This document shows, piece by piece, positions 49,431 through 58,651 of a stretch of 64,000 nucleotides of DNA. The stretch comes from Candidatus Cloacimonadales bacterium (lineage in GTDB: Bacteria > Cloacimonadota > Cloacimonadia > Cloacimonadales > JAIOQZ01), in contig OY771587.1 of assembly GCA_963674825.1 (NCBI GenBank), positions 832,001 through 896,000 on the forward strand, written 5' to 3'. Position 1 is the first letter of the stretch. Each line of letters opens with the position of its first letter. Under the pieces are notes generated by a model. The model worked only from the letters and a program-made list of their open reading frames with translations. It did not search any database and was not told the DNA's origin. Made by a program: the position numbers and the translations under genes.

Positions 49431-50810
49431 CTATCCGTTACGCTCCGAAAACTGCGTTATAAAGGATTTCAGACGAAGATCGATATCGCTCTCAATCTGC
49501 TTTGCGAGCATCTGAAGATAAACCAGTGGACGCAGCAGATAGAGGTTCGTTTCCTTCTCTGGAAGCGAAGATTCCTTCAGTGCTTCAAACAGCTTCAGCT
49601 CCCTTCGGAGCTCCTTATGCACTTTCTTCAGGAAATCCTTCTCGATGCCGTACGCTTGCTGTTCGATTCCAATCAGCGGCGTTTGCAGGAAGTAATTCGC
49701 AGCGAAAATCCTGTACATCCACGCAATGTATGCCTCCTGCGTGAGCAGGATCGTCTGCTCTGGTACGAGATACTGTCCAATAACATCATGCGCGGCCTTG
49801 TACATCGTATGGCCCCTGAAAACCTGCCCCACTACCTGCTCCGCACCTACGGATTTATGGCAGGAAAGGCCATAAGGGCAACGTTCTTCGTCCGGACAAG
49901 GATAGCAGGGGAACATGTTTTTATCTGGAAAAGCAGTATAGCACTGGTCTGAATAACCCAGCGTCTCCCATGGATAAGCCGGGCCCAGGAACAGCGCGAT
50001 AAACGGAATTCGTTGATGCGCAGCGACATGCATAGTTCCTGTGTCGCCGGTAATAAGCATGTCGGCCTTGTCGATCGTCTCGAAAAGCCCTTCCACCGTC
50101 GTTCTACCGGCAAGATTCTCGATCTTTTGCGGCTGTGATACCCGTTGCACCAGTGATTCAGCCGTAGGCCTTTCGGAAGATGCACCCACCAGCGTAATCG
50201 TACAGTCTTCCTCGATGAGTCGATTCGCCAGCATGGAAAAATCGTCCAGATCCCACTGTCGTTTACGGTTTCGTGATGCCATCTGAAACACGATGTGCGG
50301 TGTATCGGCAGTCTCGCGCCAGGGACGATCCTTGAAATGAGGCAACTCCGGGACACGATCGATCACATAGCGATAGATATCCACCAGATTGAGCGTGGAA
50401 AGCCTTCTCGTGCGGATGAAGCTCATACAGTAGTAAAGCCATTCCAGGCTGCCTTTATCCTTGCTTCCGAAGCCGATTTTGCTTTCGCATTCGAGGTTGG
50501 TCACGATATCATGTGCCAGCTCATGGCTGTTCATATTGACGACCATATTGAAGCTTCTCAATCCGCTAATCAATGTTCGAGCCTGAAGATTGTCCGCCAG
50601 CTTGATCTTCCCCATCTTCTGCTCGGTAACTGCCGCGATGTTAACCGGCACCAGCCCGTCCAGATAGAGCATCTTTGCGACATCGGTGAAGAGGGAGTTG
50701 TGTAAAAGGTGGATTTCAGCGCCCGGATACGCACCTTTGATACGTCGAAGCAGTTCTGCGGATTGCAGAATATCGCCCATCTTGCCCAGTTGAATCGCCA
50801 GTATCTTCAT
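49431..50810 (-). CDS. Glycosyltransferase family 9 (heptosyltransferase-like)
   Basis: QLGKMGDILQ, NLAGRTT, ITGDTGTMHVAA, C.PC..C..C. Confidence 0.92.
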   Translation of the reverse strand: MKILAIQLGKMGDILQSAELLRRIKGAYPGAEIHLLHNSLFTDVAKMLYLDGLVPVNIAAVTEQKMGKIKLADNLQARTLISGLRSFNMVVNMNSHELAHDIVTNLECESKIGFGSKDKGSLEWLYYCMSFIRTRRLSTLNLVDIYRYVIDRVPELPHFKDRPWRETADTPHIVFQMASRNRKRQWDLDDFSMLANRLIEEDCTITLVGASSERPTAESLVQRVSQPQKIENLAGRTTVEGLFETIDKADMLITGDTGTMHVAAHQRIPFIALFLGPAYPWETLGYSDQCYTAFPDKNMFPCYPCPDEERCPYGLSCHKSVGAEQVVGQVFRGHTMYKAAHDVIGQYLVPEQTILLTQEAYIAWMYRIFAANYFLQTPLIGIEQQAYGIEKDFLKKVHKELRRELKLFEALKESSLPEKETNLYLLRPLVYLQMLAKQIESDIDLRLKSFITQFSERNG

Positions 50811-50826
50811 ATCACATCCTGTTCTG

Positions 50827-53169
50827 TCAGTCGGTCAAATCATGGTCAACAGTTGTTTTTTCCGTCAAGATTGTTCTATAATCTGCCGTCTTTCCGTCTG
50901 TCTCGATCACCAGTGCGCCATCGATACCACTTATCGCCAGATTCTCCTGTAAGAAGGCGAAACGATCCAGCACAACTTCGTCCGGAAGCTTTCTCTGGTC
51001 GCCCACAGTGCAAGAAATAAAAGCATATTCCGGACGTACACATTCGATGAAATTCTGATTCGAAGAGGTCTCGCTACCATGGTGGGCCACCTTGAGAAAA
51101 TCAGCGTCCAATCGTTCACCGAAACGCTCGACAAGCACCGTTTCCAGATCGGCGTGGATATCCGCAGTAAAGAGCGCAGAAAAATCACCGTAGTCGATAC
51201 GAATTACCATGGAGTGGTTGTTGATCGTATCCGAAGAATAATCCTCCGCTGGATGCAAAATGGAGAGCTTCGCTTCACCCAGTTCCAGCCGCATGGTATC
51301 GCGTACTACAAAAATTTCGGTATCGCCGGTGTTTCTCAGGAATTGCTTGCCGATATCCGCCTCAAAGAATTCGTCCGGGGCATAGAGACGCTCGATTGCC
51401 ACGTCCTTCTTGATCGATTCGTATCCACCGTAATGATCCTGATGCTCGTGAGTAATGAATACCGCATCGAGTCGCTTGATGCCGCACTCACGGAAGTAAC
51501 CGCGCGCTGAATGAAGATACGTTCCACGTGTCTCATCATCTGGTCCGGTATCGATCATGAATGTCGCACCTGGGGCTTCGATCAAAGCCATATCCGCGTT
51601 TCCGCAATCGAAGCAAGTTATACGCAATCGCTGCTGACTATGAATCATCGGATGCATAAAGAACACCGCACCCACAAGTGCAGCGGGAATCGCCCATCGG
51701 TAATTTTTATGGAAAACAATCAACGCAGCCATGACGAGTAGTAGTCCCCCAACTAGCTGAATCTCGCTGAATCCGATGTTGTCCACCCGGAGGGGAAGTC
51801 TTGCGGAAAAAGCGGTGAAACGCTGCATGACCCCAAGCAACAAATCAAACGCGGAGCGATAGATATCGATCAGCCAGGAGACATCTGGCAGAAACACGAT
51901 GAGCAGCGACATCGGAAGGATCAGTGAAAGCATTGGGATGCCAACGAGGTTGCTGACGACGCTGTTGAGATTCAACGTATGAAAGTAGTAAAGAGTGAAT
52001 GGTGCGAGTGAAAGCGTGATCAGCAGCGATGCGAGAACCAACCGGAAAACCCACAGCACAAACTGCCCTGGGATGTTCTTGCGGGAGATGCGGACACGCG
52101 AAAAGATGTGTTCTTCCAGAAACGGGTAGCTGCTGAGCAGTACCAGGATCGAAGCGAAAGAGAGCTGGAACCCGGCTGAGAAAAGCTGCCTTGGCGCGAT
52201 CGCGGTGATAACGATTGCCGCGAGTGCAAGGATATGGATTCGGAGTGGTCTTCGCTGGATTACACGTGATAGCAGATAAAGAGAAATCATGATGGTTGCT
52301 CGGGTAACGGGTGCTTTCCATGCGCACAGCGCAGCGTAGAATACAAGGATGCCAATCAAGATCAGGCTCGCGATCTTGCGGTTAGGAATCGCGACCACCA
52401 ACAGCGCGTACAACACCATGGCGATCAACCCGGTATGCAGCCCACTAACCGCCAGAAGATGCGCCAGACCAGCGTCTCGAAACACCGTTACATAGCCTTC
52501 ACCTCGAGGGACCATCCCCAGTGTGATATTACGCACAAAGCCTGCACTCTTTCCAAACCTCTCTTCAATCCGCCGTACCATCCAGCGTCTGACCGGCACG
52601 ATCACATGACCGTTGAGGCCTCGCCATCGCCCTATCTTCGCCATTTCATGGGAAGCAATCGCACTGCCGTCGATTCCACGGATCGAATAATACTCATCCA
52701 GCCCGATCTGGCCCGGATTGGAAGCACGCTGCAGTCCGTGAAGCGTGGCTCGACCTCTGATTAGATCCCCATACACCAGGCTATCCTGCTCCGTGAAGAG
52801 CAGAAGCTTTCCATTAATCGAAACATCTGCGATTTCGTGTAGTTCAAACTCGTACCGGTATCTGCTTCCCGAAGCCGTTGCATCGGATATGATCCGGCCT
52901 TCGACTACTCGATTGAAGACCGATTCGGCCTCGAACAGGTGAGAAATGTGATCTTGCGGCTTCGGCACGGAGATACGCGCCATACCAAGCAGTATCGTCA
53001 GAAGAAGAAGCGCGTACAGTCTCATCCTGGTCGAAATTGCGAAAGGAATAATGAGAATCAATACGATCAATAAGTAGAAAAAGGGGATATTCAAAAGATT
53101 ACCCAGCAATATGCCGATAAGCCAACAGATTGCCAGGAAGGTCACACCGGTAAGTCTATCCTGTTCCAC
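50827..53169 (-). CDS. comEC: DNA internalization competence protein ComEC/Rec2
   Basis: HLLAVSGLH, RA.IM, GFQLSF; MBL domain THEHQDH, KVAHHGS. Confidence 0.96.
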   Translation of the reverse strand: MEQDRLTGVTFLAICWLIGILLGNLLNIPFFYLLIVLILIIPFAISTRMRLYALLLLTILLGMARISVPKPQDHISHLFEAESVFNRVVEGRIISDATASGSRYRYEFELHEIADVSINGKLLLFTEQDSLVYGDLIRGRATLHGLQRASNPGQIGLDEYYSIRGIDGSAIASHEMAKIGRWRGLNGHVIVPVRRWMVRRIEERFGKSAGFVRNITLGMVPRGEGYVTVFRDAGLAHLLAVSGLHTGLIAMVLYALLVVAIPNRKIASLILIGILVFYAALCAWKAPVTRATIMISLYLLSRVIQRRPLRIHILALAAIVITAIAPRQLFSAGFQLSFASILVLLSSYPFLEEHIFSRVRISRKNIPGQFVLWVFRLVLASLLITLSLAPFTLYYFHTLNLNSVVSNLVGIPMLSLILPMSLLIVFLPDVSWLIDIYRSAFDLLLGVMQRFTAFSARLPLRVDNIGFSEIQLVGGLLLVMAALIVFHKNYRWAIPAALVGAVFFMHPMIHSQQRLRITCFDCGNADMALIEAPGATFMIDTGPDDETRGTYLHSARGYFRECGIKRLDAVFITHEHQDHYGGYESIKKDVAIERLYAPDEFFEADIGKQFLRNTGDTEIFVVRDTMRLELGEAKLSILHPAEDYSSDTINNHSMVIRIDYGDFSALFTADIHADLETVLVERFGERLDADFLKVAHHGSETSSNQNFIECVRPEYAFISCTVGDQRKLPDEVVLDRFAFLQENLAISGIDGALVIETDGKTADYRTILTEKTTVDHDLTD

Positions 53170-54115
53170 GATGCCGGTACCACTTCACGAATTGACGAAT
53201 GCCTTCCCGGAATGGTGTGGTTGGGTCATAACCAAGCAGCCTGCGCGCCTTAGAAACATCGGCAAAGGTTCGATCGACATCACCCGGTTGCATGGGCATC
53301 ATCTGTTGAACCGCTTTCATACCTAGTTCCTGCTCGAGTGTCTCCAGCAGTTCGCTGAGCATGATGGTGCGCGATTCTCCCAGGTTGATGATCTCGAATA
53401 CGTTTCCGCGCTGGATGAAATCGATGCTGCGCACAATTCCGTCCACGATATCATCGATATAAGTATAATCACGACTGGATGAACCGTCACCATAAACCTG
53501 GATGGGCTCGCCATTAGTGATCTTGCGTGTGAATTTATGGATCGCCAGATCAGGCCGCTGACCGGGTCCGTAAACTGTGAAGAACCGCAATCCAACGCAG
53601 GAGATACCGTATAGATGGTGCCAGGTGTGAGCGAGGAGCTCGGTCGCCTTCTTTGTCGCAGCATAGGGTGAGATGGGATGATCGACGGGGTCGTCTTCCG
53701 AAAACGGGACCTTCTCGTTGTTGCCATAGACAGATGACGAGGAGGCAAAGATAAGATTCTTCACACCCTGGATCCGACACTGTTCGAGAATATTTACCGT
53801 CCCACTCACGTTTACGTCCTGATACAACACCGGATCGGCGATCGACGGACGAACACCTGCCATTGCGGCCAGATGGACCACCAGATCGCAAGGAACGTTG
53901 AAGGCTCCGGCCAGAAATTCACGATCACGAATATCCCCTTCGCGGAGGCTGAATCGTTCATCCTTCATCATTTCGCGGATATTGCCTCTCTTGATCTCAG
54001 GATCGTAGTAGTCGCAGAAATTATCGATGCAACGGACATGATGTCCGTCGGCTAAAAGTCGTTTCGAGAGATGGGATCCAATAAAGCCGGCACCGCCGGT
54101 CACGATAATGTTCAT
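53156..54115 (-). CDS. NAD-dependent epimerase/dehydratase (UDP-glucuronate 4-epimerase-like)
   Basis: TGGAGFIGS, HLAAMAGVR, ASSSSVYG, YAATK, RFFTVYGP..RPD. Confidence 0.93.
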   Translation of the reverse strand: MNIIVTGGAGFIGSHLSKRLLADGHHVRCIDNFCDYYDPEIKRGNIREMMKDERFSLREGDIRDREFLAGAFNVPCDLVVHLAAMAGVRPSIADPVLYQDVNVSGTVNILEQCRIQGVKNLIFASSSSVYGNNEKVPFSEDDPVDHPISPYAATKKATELLAHTWHHLYGISCVGLRFFTVYGPGQRPDLAIHKFTRKITNGEPIQVYGDGSSSRDYTYIDDIVDGIVRSIDFIQRGNVFEIINLGESRTIMLSELLETLEQELGMKAVQQMMPMQPGDVDRTFADVSKARRLLGYDPTTPFREGIRQFVKWYRHRGTG

Positions 54116-54129
54116 GTAACCTCCTGTAA

Positions 54130-55179
54130 TTAAATCCGGTCGGATGTCAACCCAATAATGCCGCCACCCAGAAGACGCGTTCCACGATAGAACACCGCAG
54201 ATTGCCCCGGTGTTACGGCTCGAACAGGCTGTTCGAGTATGACTTCGGACTCCACAATATCCTTAACTGGCGCTGGCTTGCTGTTATAACGAATCTGCAC
54301 GCTAAGATCATCAATCTCCGGCTTGATACCGTCGAGCCAGTTAACCTGTGTAATCTCGAAACGATCCGTTGCGAGCCGATCAGGGTTGTCAGTGACGACA
54401 AGCCGGTTTGCAGCGGCGTCGATCCGAAGTACGTAGAGCGGTGCGCTCCAGGGAAGATCCATGCCGCGTCGCTGCCCGATCGTGTAGAGCGACAGCCCCT
54501 TGTGACGGCCAATCACCGTGCCGTCGTGTAACACGATATCCCCAGGCTTTTCGTCGAAATATTGCCTGAGAAAATCACGGTAATCGCCGGGGATGAAGCA
54601 GTTTTCCTGGCTATCCGGGCTATCGTGGACCGGCAGTTCATGCTGCTTCGCGATCTCACGCACACGCGATTTTGGCAAGCTATCCAGCGGGAAAAGCGTT
54701 CTTCGCAGCATCTCCTGCGTAAGCCCCCACAGCATGTAGGTCTGATCGCGGTTACGATCCTCGGCACGGTGGACGTGATAAAGACCGTTCTCTTCCCGCA
54801 CGGTGACGTAGTGCCCCGTGGCCATGAACTCGGTGTCGAGCCGGTTCAGGAAAGCACCCCATTTGATCAGCGGATTGCAGCGCGTGCAGGGATTGGGCGT
54901 GTTGCCGATCTGATATTCTTTCACGAAGTAATCGATAATCTCGCGGTTGAACTCCTCCTGCACGTCGATCACGCTGTGCGGGATGCCCAGAATCCGGCAA
55001 ACTTCCTGCGCGCGCTCGATGGATGCCTCCAGCCCTTCCTCGTGGCTGAAGCCCATCTTCTCAGAGTCGAAATGCCGCATGGTCGCTCCGCGCACATCCC
55101 AGCCCTGTTCGAGCAAAAGGATTGCCGCCGCGGAGCTGTCCACTCCGCCACTCATCGCGACCGTTATCGATTTCGTCAT
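54130..55179 (-). CDS. mnmA: tRNA 2-thiouridylase MnmA
   Basis: AMSGGVDSS, TPNPC, ATGHY, DSQENCF, TIGQRRG, TPGQSAV. Confidence 0.97.
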   Translation of the reverse strand: MTKSITVAMSGGVDSSAAAILLLEQGWDVRGATMRHFDSEKMGFSHEEGLEASIERAQEVCRILGIPHSVIDVQEEFNREIIDYFVKEYQIGNTPNPCTRCNPLIKWGAFLNRLDTEFMATGHYVTVREENGLYHVHRAEDRNRDQTYMLWGLTQEMLRRTLFPLDSLPKSRVREIAKQHELPVHDSPDSQENCFIPGDYRDFLRQYFDEKPGDIVLHDGTVIGRHKGLSLYTIGQRRGMDLPWSAPLYVLRIDAAANRLVVTDNPDRLATDRFEITQVNWLDGIKPEIDDLSVQIRYNSKPAPVKDIVESEVILEQPVRAVTPGQSAVFYRGTRLLGGGIIGLTSDRI

Positions 55180-55255
55180 ATTTTTTCCCTAAATATAATT
55201 CCAACTTCTGAAGATTGATAGATCGATCAACACTCAATTTCGCATACATTCGCCC

Positions 55256-55281
55256 ATGCTTCGACTCCGCTCAGCATGACA
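55256..55281. repeat. REP-like palindromic element, copy 2
   Basis: ATGCTTCGACTCCGCTCAGCATGACA, 14 nt after the murA stop; compensatory stem change relative to copy 1. Confidence 0.8.
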
Positions 55282-55295
55282 AAGAGAAAACAGAC

Positions 55296-56552
55296 TTATC
55301 CCTTAAGCCTCGTGATATCCGCACCCAGCTTGCGAAGCTTCTCGTCAATGTTCTCGTACCCACGATCGATGTGATAGATTCGGGAAACCTCGGTCTTGCC
55401 TTCGGCCGCCAATCCTGCCAGCACAAGCGCTGCGCTGGCTCGCAGATCCGTCGCCATCACGGGTGATCCGCTCAGATGCGGCACCCCGTTGATCACGGCG
55501 ATGTTGCGATCGAGCTGGATATCGGCGTCCATGCGATTGATCTCGGCAACATGCATGAAACGGTTCGGGAAAATGGTGTCCTCAATAACGCTGGAGCCAT
55601 CAGCGATGGTCATCAGCGCCATGAACTGCGCCTGCAAGTCAGTAGGAAATCCAGGGTAAGGTTGCGTAGTTATACGCAGTGGTTTGATGGTCTCTTCCGC
55701 GGGATGGATGCGAATATTGCAACCTTCCACGTCGATATGGAAACCGGCCTCGCGAAGCTTGCCAAGCGGTCCGCGAATATGCTCGGGAACGCAGTTTTCC
55801 ACGGTGATGTCGCTACGAGTTATCGCGCCGGCCACCAGAAGAGTTCCGGCTTCGATACGGTCCGGCACCATCTCGGTCTCGACCGCTTTGAGCTCTTTCA
55901 CGCCGCGAATTCGCAGGTGATTGGTGTCGCGTCCATCGATATCCGCACCCATGAGGTTTAGGAAATCGACCAGCGCTCCGATCTCTGGCTCTAGTGCGGC
56001 ATTCCAGATATCGGTGATGCCATCTGCAAGAACCGCCGCCATAAGCGTGTTCGCGGTTGCGCCAACACTGATCTTCTCGAAGACGATATCTGCACCCTTG
56101 AGTTGCTCCGAACGGGCAATGATATAACCATGCGCGATCTTGATATCTGCGCCCAGCGTCTTCATAGCCGTCAGATGCATGTCAACCGGTCGTGTTCCAA
56201 TCGCGCATCCACCGGGGAACGAAACGTCCGCCTGATGCAGGCGCGCCAGAAGCGGACCCAGTACGTAGATGGAGGCCCGCATCTTGCTTACCAGCTCGTA
56301 GGGGGCCTCGGTGTAGGAGCAGTTGGTAGCGTCAATGATGAGCGTGTCGCCCTCGAAATCAACGCGCGCTCCGATGATGCGTAGGAGATGTGCCATCATC
56401 TTGACGTCGTTGATCTGCGGGACATTGTGCAGAACGGTTCTACCGGGAGCAAGCAGCGCAGCGGTCATAAGCGGTAAGGCAGCATTCTTTGCGCCACTGA
56501 CCCGCACGTTTCCGCTGAGCTTCTTTCCACCGCGAATAACAAATTTATCCAT
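55296..56552 (-). CDS. murA: UDP-N-acetylglucosamine 1-carboxyvinyltransferase
   Basis: SGAKNAALP, MRAS, PGGCAIGTRP (catalytic Cys), PGFPTDLQ, DLRA. Confidence 0.98.
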   Translation of the reverse strand: MDKFVIRGGKKLSGNVRVSGAKNAALPLMTAALLAPGRTVLHNVPQINDVKMMAHLLRIIGARVDFEGDTLIIDATNCSYTEAPYELVSKMRASIYVLGPLLARLHQADVSFPGGCAIGTRPVDMHLTAMKTLGADIKIAHGYIIARSEQLKGADIVFEKISVGATANTLMAAVLADGITDIWNAALEPEIGALVDFLNLMGADIDGRDTNHLRIRGVKELKAVETEMVPDRIEAGTLLVAGAITRSDITVENCVPEHIRGPLGKLREAGFHIDVEGCNIRIHPAEETIKPLRITTQPYPGFPTDLQAQFMALMTIADGSSVIEDTIFPNRFMHVAEINRMDADIQLDRNIAVINGVPHLSGSPVMATDLRASAALVLAGLAAEGKTEVSRIYHIDRGYENIDEKLRKLGADITRLKG

Positions 56553-56559
56553 AATCTGT

Positions 56560-57399
56560 TTACCTTCCGATCACCGCGATCCTGTCCAGATCGTTGTAAT
56601 CCTTCTGTATGTTGATATTGTTGTAACCGTGAGATCTGGCGAGTTCCGTTATCGCCTCAGCCTGTTTCGAGCCGATCTCGAGCAGGATTTTGCCGCCCTC
56701 GGCAAGATAGTTTTCCGCGCCTTCAATGATACGTCGATAAGCGTTCATACCTTCTTCACCCGCTGTCAGGGCCAGCTTCGGCTCGTAACGGGTGATCTCC
56801 GGCGCAAGAGTTTCGTACTCATCGTCACGGATATAAGGAGGATTGGAAATGATCAAGCCATATTTTTCCGAAGGGACATTTTCGTAGATATCGGAGTGAA
56901 AAAACTGTACGTCTGCGGTGTTGACGATCGCATTCTTTTCGGCGAGTTCCAGCGCTTCTTGCGATATATCCACCGCGTGAACCGTGATGCCGGGGAACTG
57001 TCGCAAGATCGCTATCGGGATCGCGCCCGATCCGGTTCCGATCTCAAGAATCTTCGTGTCGAAGCGGCAGAATCCGATTGCTTTCTCAACCAGTAACTCC
57101 GTTTCCGGGCGAGGTATGAGAACACGGGGATCTACTTCGATTTTATAGCCATAGAACTCGGTATAGCCTACGATATACTGAAGCGGCTCGCGGTTTGCGC
57201 GCCGCACGACATACGCCTTCAGGCGGTCGCGTTCCTTGGGATTTAGCGGTTGCTCAAAGCGTAGGTAAAGTTCGAGTCTAGGGATATCGAGCACTTCCGA
57301 AAGCAGATATTCCGCTTCCAGTCTTGGATTCTCGATGCCGCGCTCGAGAAAGAAGTTCGTTGTCCACTTGAGGACTTCGAGGATGGTCCAGAGTTTCAC
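56560..57399 (-). CDS. prmC: Release factor glutamine methyltransferase
   Basis: EPLQYIVG, VLIPRPETE, GTGSGAI, SNPPYI. Confidence 0.97.
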   Translation of the reverse strand: MKLWTILEVLKWTTNFFLERGIENPRLEAEYLLSEVLDIPRLELYLRFEQPLNPKERDRLKAYVVRRANREPLQYIVGYTEFYGYKIEVDPRVLIPRPETELLVEKAIGFCRFDTKILEIGTGSGAIPIAILRQFPGITVHAVDISQEALELAEKNAIVNTADVQFFHSDIYENVPSEKYGLIISNPPYIRDDEYETLAPEITRYEPKLALTAGEEGMNAYRRIIEGAENYLAEGGKILLEIGSKQAEAITELARSHGYNNINIQKDYNDLDRIAVIGR

Positions 57400-58313
57400 G
57401 ATTCGTTGAAATGCTTTTCTATAATGATGGATCTTCCGCCGTGATCGAATCTGACCGAATCCGCCAGCGTCCTAATAAACATAATTCCCCTGCCGATATG
57501 CTCCAACGAGCAGGTGGAAAGTTCCTTGTCGATATGCTTTCGATAGTCGAAACCGTCTCCGGTGTCACGCACCGCGATGCTGATCTGATGATCTTCTGGT
57601 TGCATGGAGCATTTGATCTCAATGTTCTGTTCTTTCATCTCATCCATCGCCAAACGCTCTTCAAGGTAGCATTTGTATTCATGCAATTCCAGGTGCCGCT
57701 GTTCGGGCTTAAGCTTGAGTATACCGTGAATCAGCGCGTTCTGAACCATCTCGTCGAGGCACATTTCGAGCGTCGAAAGTGCGGCTGGAGGAATGCAGAT
57801 ATCGCCAAGAAAGAGCTGGATTACGTTTTGTGCGATGTGCGGCTGAGCAAGCTCGATCCCTTTGAACATGAAGGTCATGCTGATCTGATTTAACGCCTTC
57901 ATGACACACTTCCGGGAGGTTTCGCGTTGCTGTTGGGCAAGTTTTTTGCGGATTGAGTCCAGAAGGTTGGCAGGATTATCGGGGATTTCGATGAGATCGT
58001 GTGCGCCGGCACGTATGGCGCGTACGGCATAAGATGAATTCAGGTGATCGACCATGAGGATAACCGGCAGCGATTCCCGGACCGTTTTTTTGATCCGTTC
58101 CAAGAGCTCGAGCCCATTGATATCAGGCTGTTCCTCACGGATTACGACGAGATCGAAATGCGAATATGACACCCGCTTCAGGGCTTTGCCAGGTTCGGTT
58201 GCGTTTTCCAGATAATATCCGTTCCATTGCAGTGGATTTTGCAGCAACCGATAAGCATCGCCCGAACGATCTACGATCAGTATTCGGAAGCGCTGTTCGG
58301 AATCCATCCTCAA
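57396..58313 (-). CDS. Pseudo-receiver domain fused to an RsbW-like anti-sigma kinase (HATPase_c_2)
   Basis: Receiver-like RILIVD...DLVVIREEQPDINGLELL (Asp replaced by Arg); EMVQNALIHG, RDTGDGFD, GRGI boxes. Confidence 0.85.
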   Translation of the reverse strand: MRMDSEQRFRILIVDRSGDAYRLLQNPLQWNGYYLENATEPGKALKRVSYSHFDLVVIREEQPDINGLELLERIKKTVRESLPVILMVDHLNSSYAVRAIRAGAHDLIEIPDNPANLLDSIRKKLAQQQRETSRKCVMKALNQISMTFMFKGIELAQPHIAQNVIQLFLGDICIPPAALSTLEMCLDEMVQNALIHGILKLKPEQRHLELHEYKCYLEERLAMDEMKEQNIEIKCSMQPEDHQISIAVRDTGDGFDYRKHIDKELSTCSLEHIGRGIMFIRTLADSVRFDHGGRSIIIEKHFNES

Positions 58314-58622
58314 TTACATATTGATGGAAAAGAGCTGATCCAGCTTTATTGTGGTGAGAAGTTCGTAAACGATCGGCGATGACTTGACGATTTCGATCTT
58401 ACCGTCGCGGGTCATGAATTCCTTATAGAATATCAAAAGCTTGCCGATGCCGGAACTGCTGATGTTCTTGCATGCGGAGAGATCCAACTCGAGCAGCGTC
58501 GCGTCGGAATCGAGCACTTCGCTGAGTTTATCTTTGAATATATAGGCGTTATCGCTGGTAATCGAGCCTTCGACCTTTATCTTTGCTTTCTTACCTTCAA
58601 ATTCAAGAATCAATTCCATCAT
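58314..58622 (-). CDS. STAS-domain anti-sigma factor antagonist
   Basis: LDLS....ISSSGIG.L phospho-Ser motif; 102 aa. Confidence 0.9.
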   Translation of the reverse strand: MMELILEFEGKKAKIKVEGSITSDNAYIFKDKLSEVLDSDATLLELDLSACKNISSSGIGKLLIFYKEFMTRDGKIEIVKSSPIVYELLTTIKLDQLFSINM

Positions 58623-58651
58623 AACCCCCTTGATTTGTAATTCGCGGCTGA

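Noticed and set aside
9335..55281. REP copies as CRISPR repeats
   Set aside because: Isolated single copies kilobases apart, with no regular spacers and no cas genes
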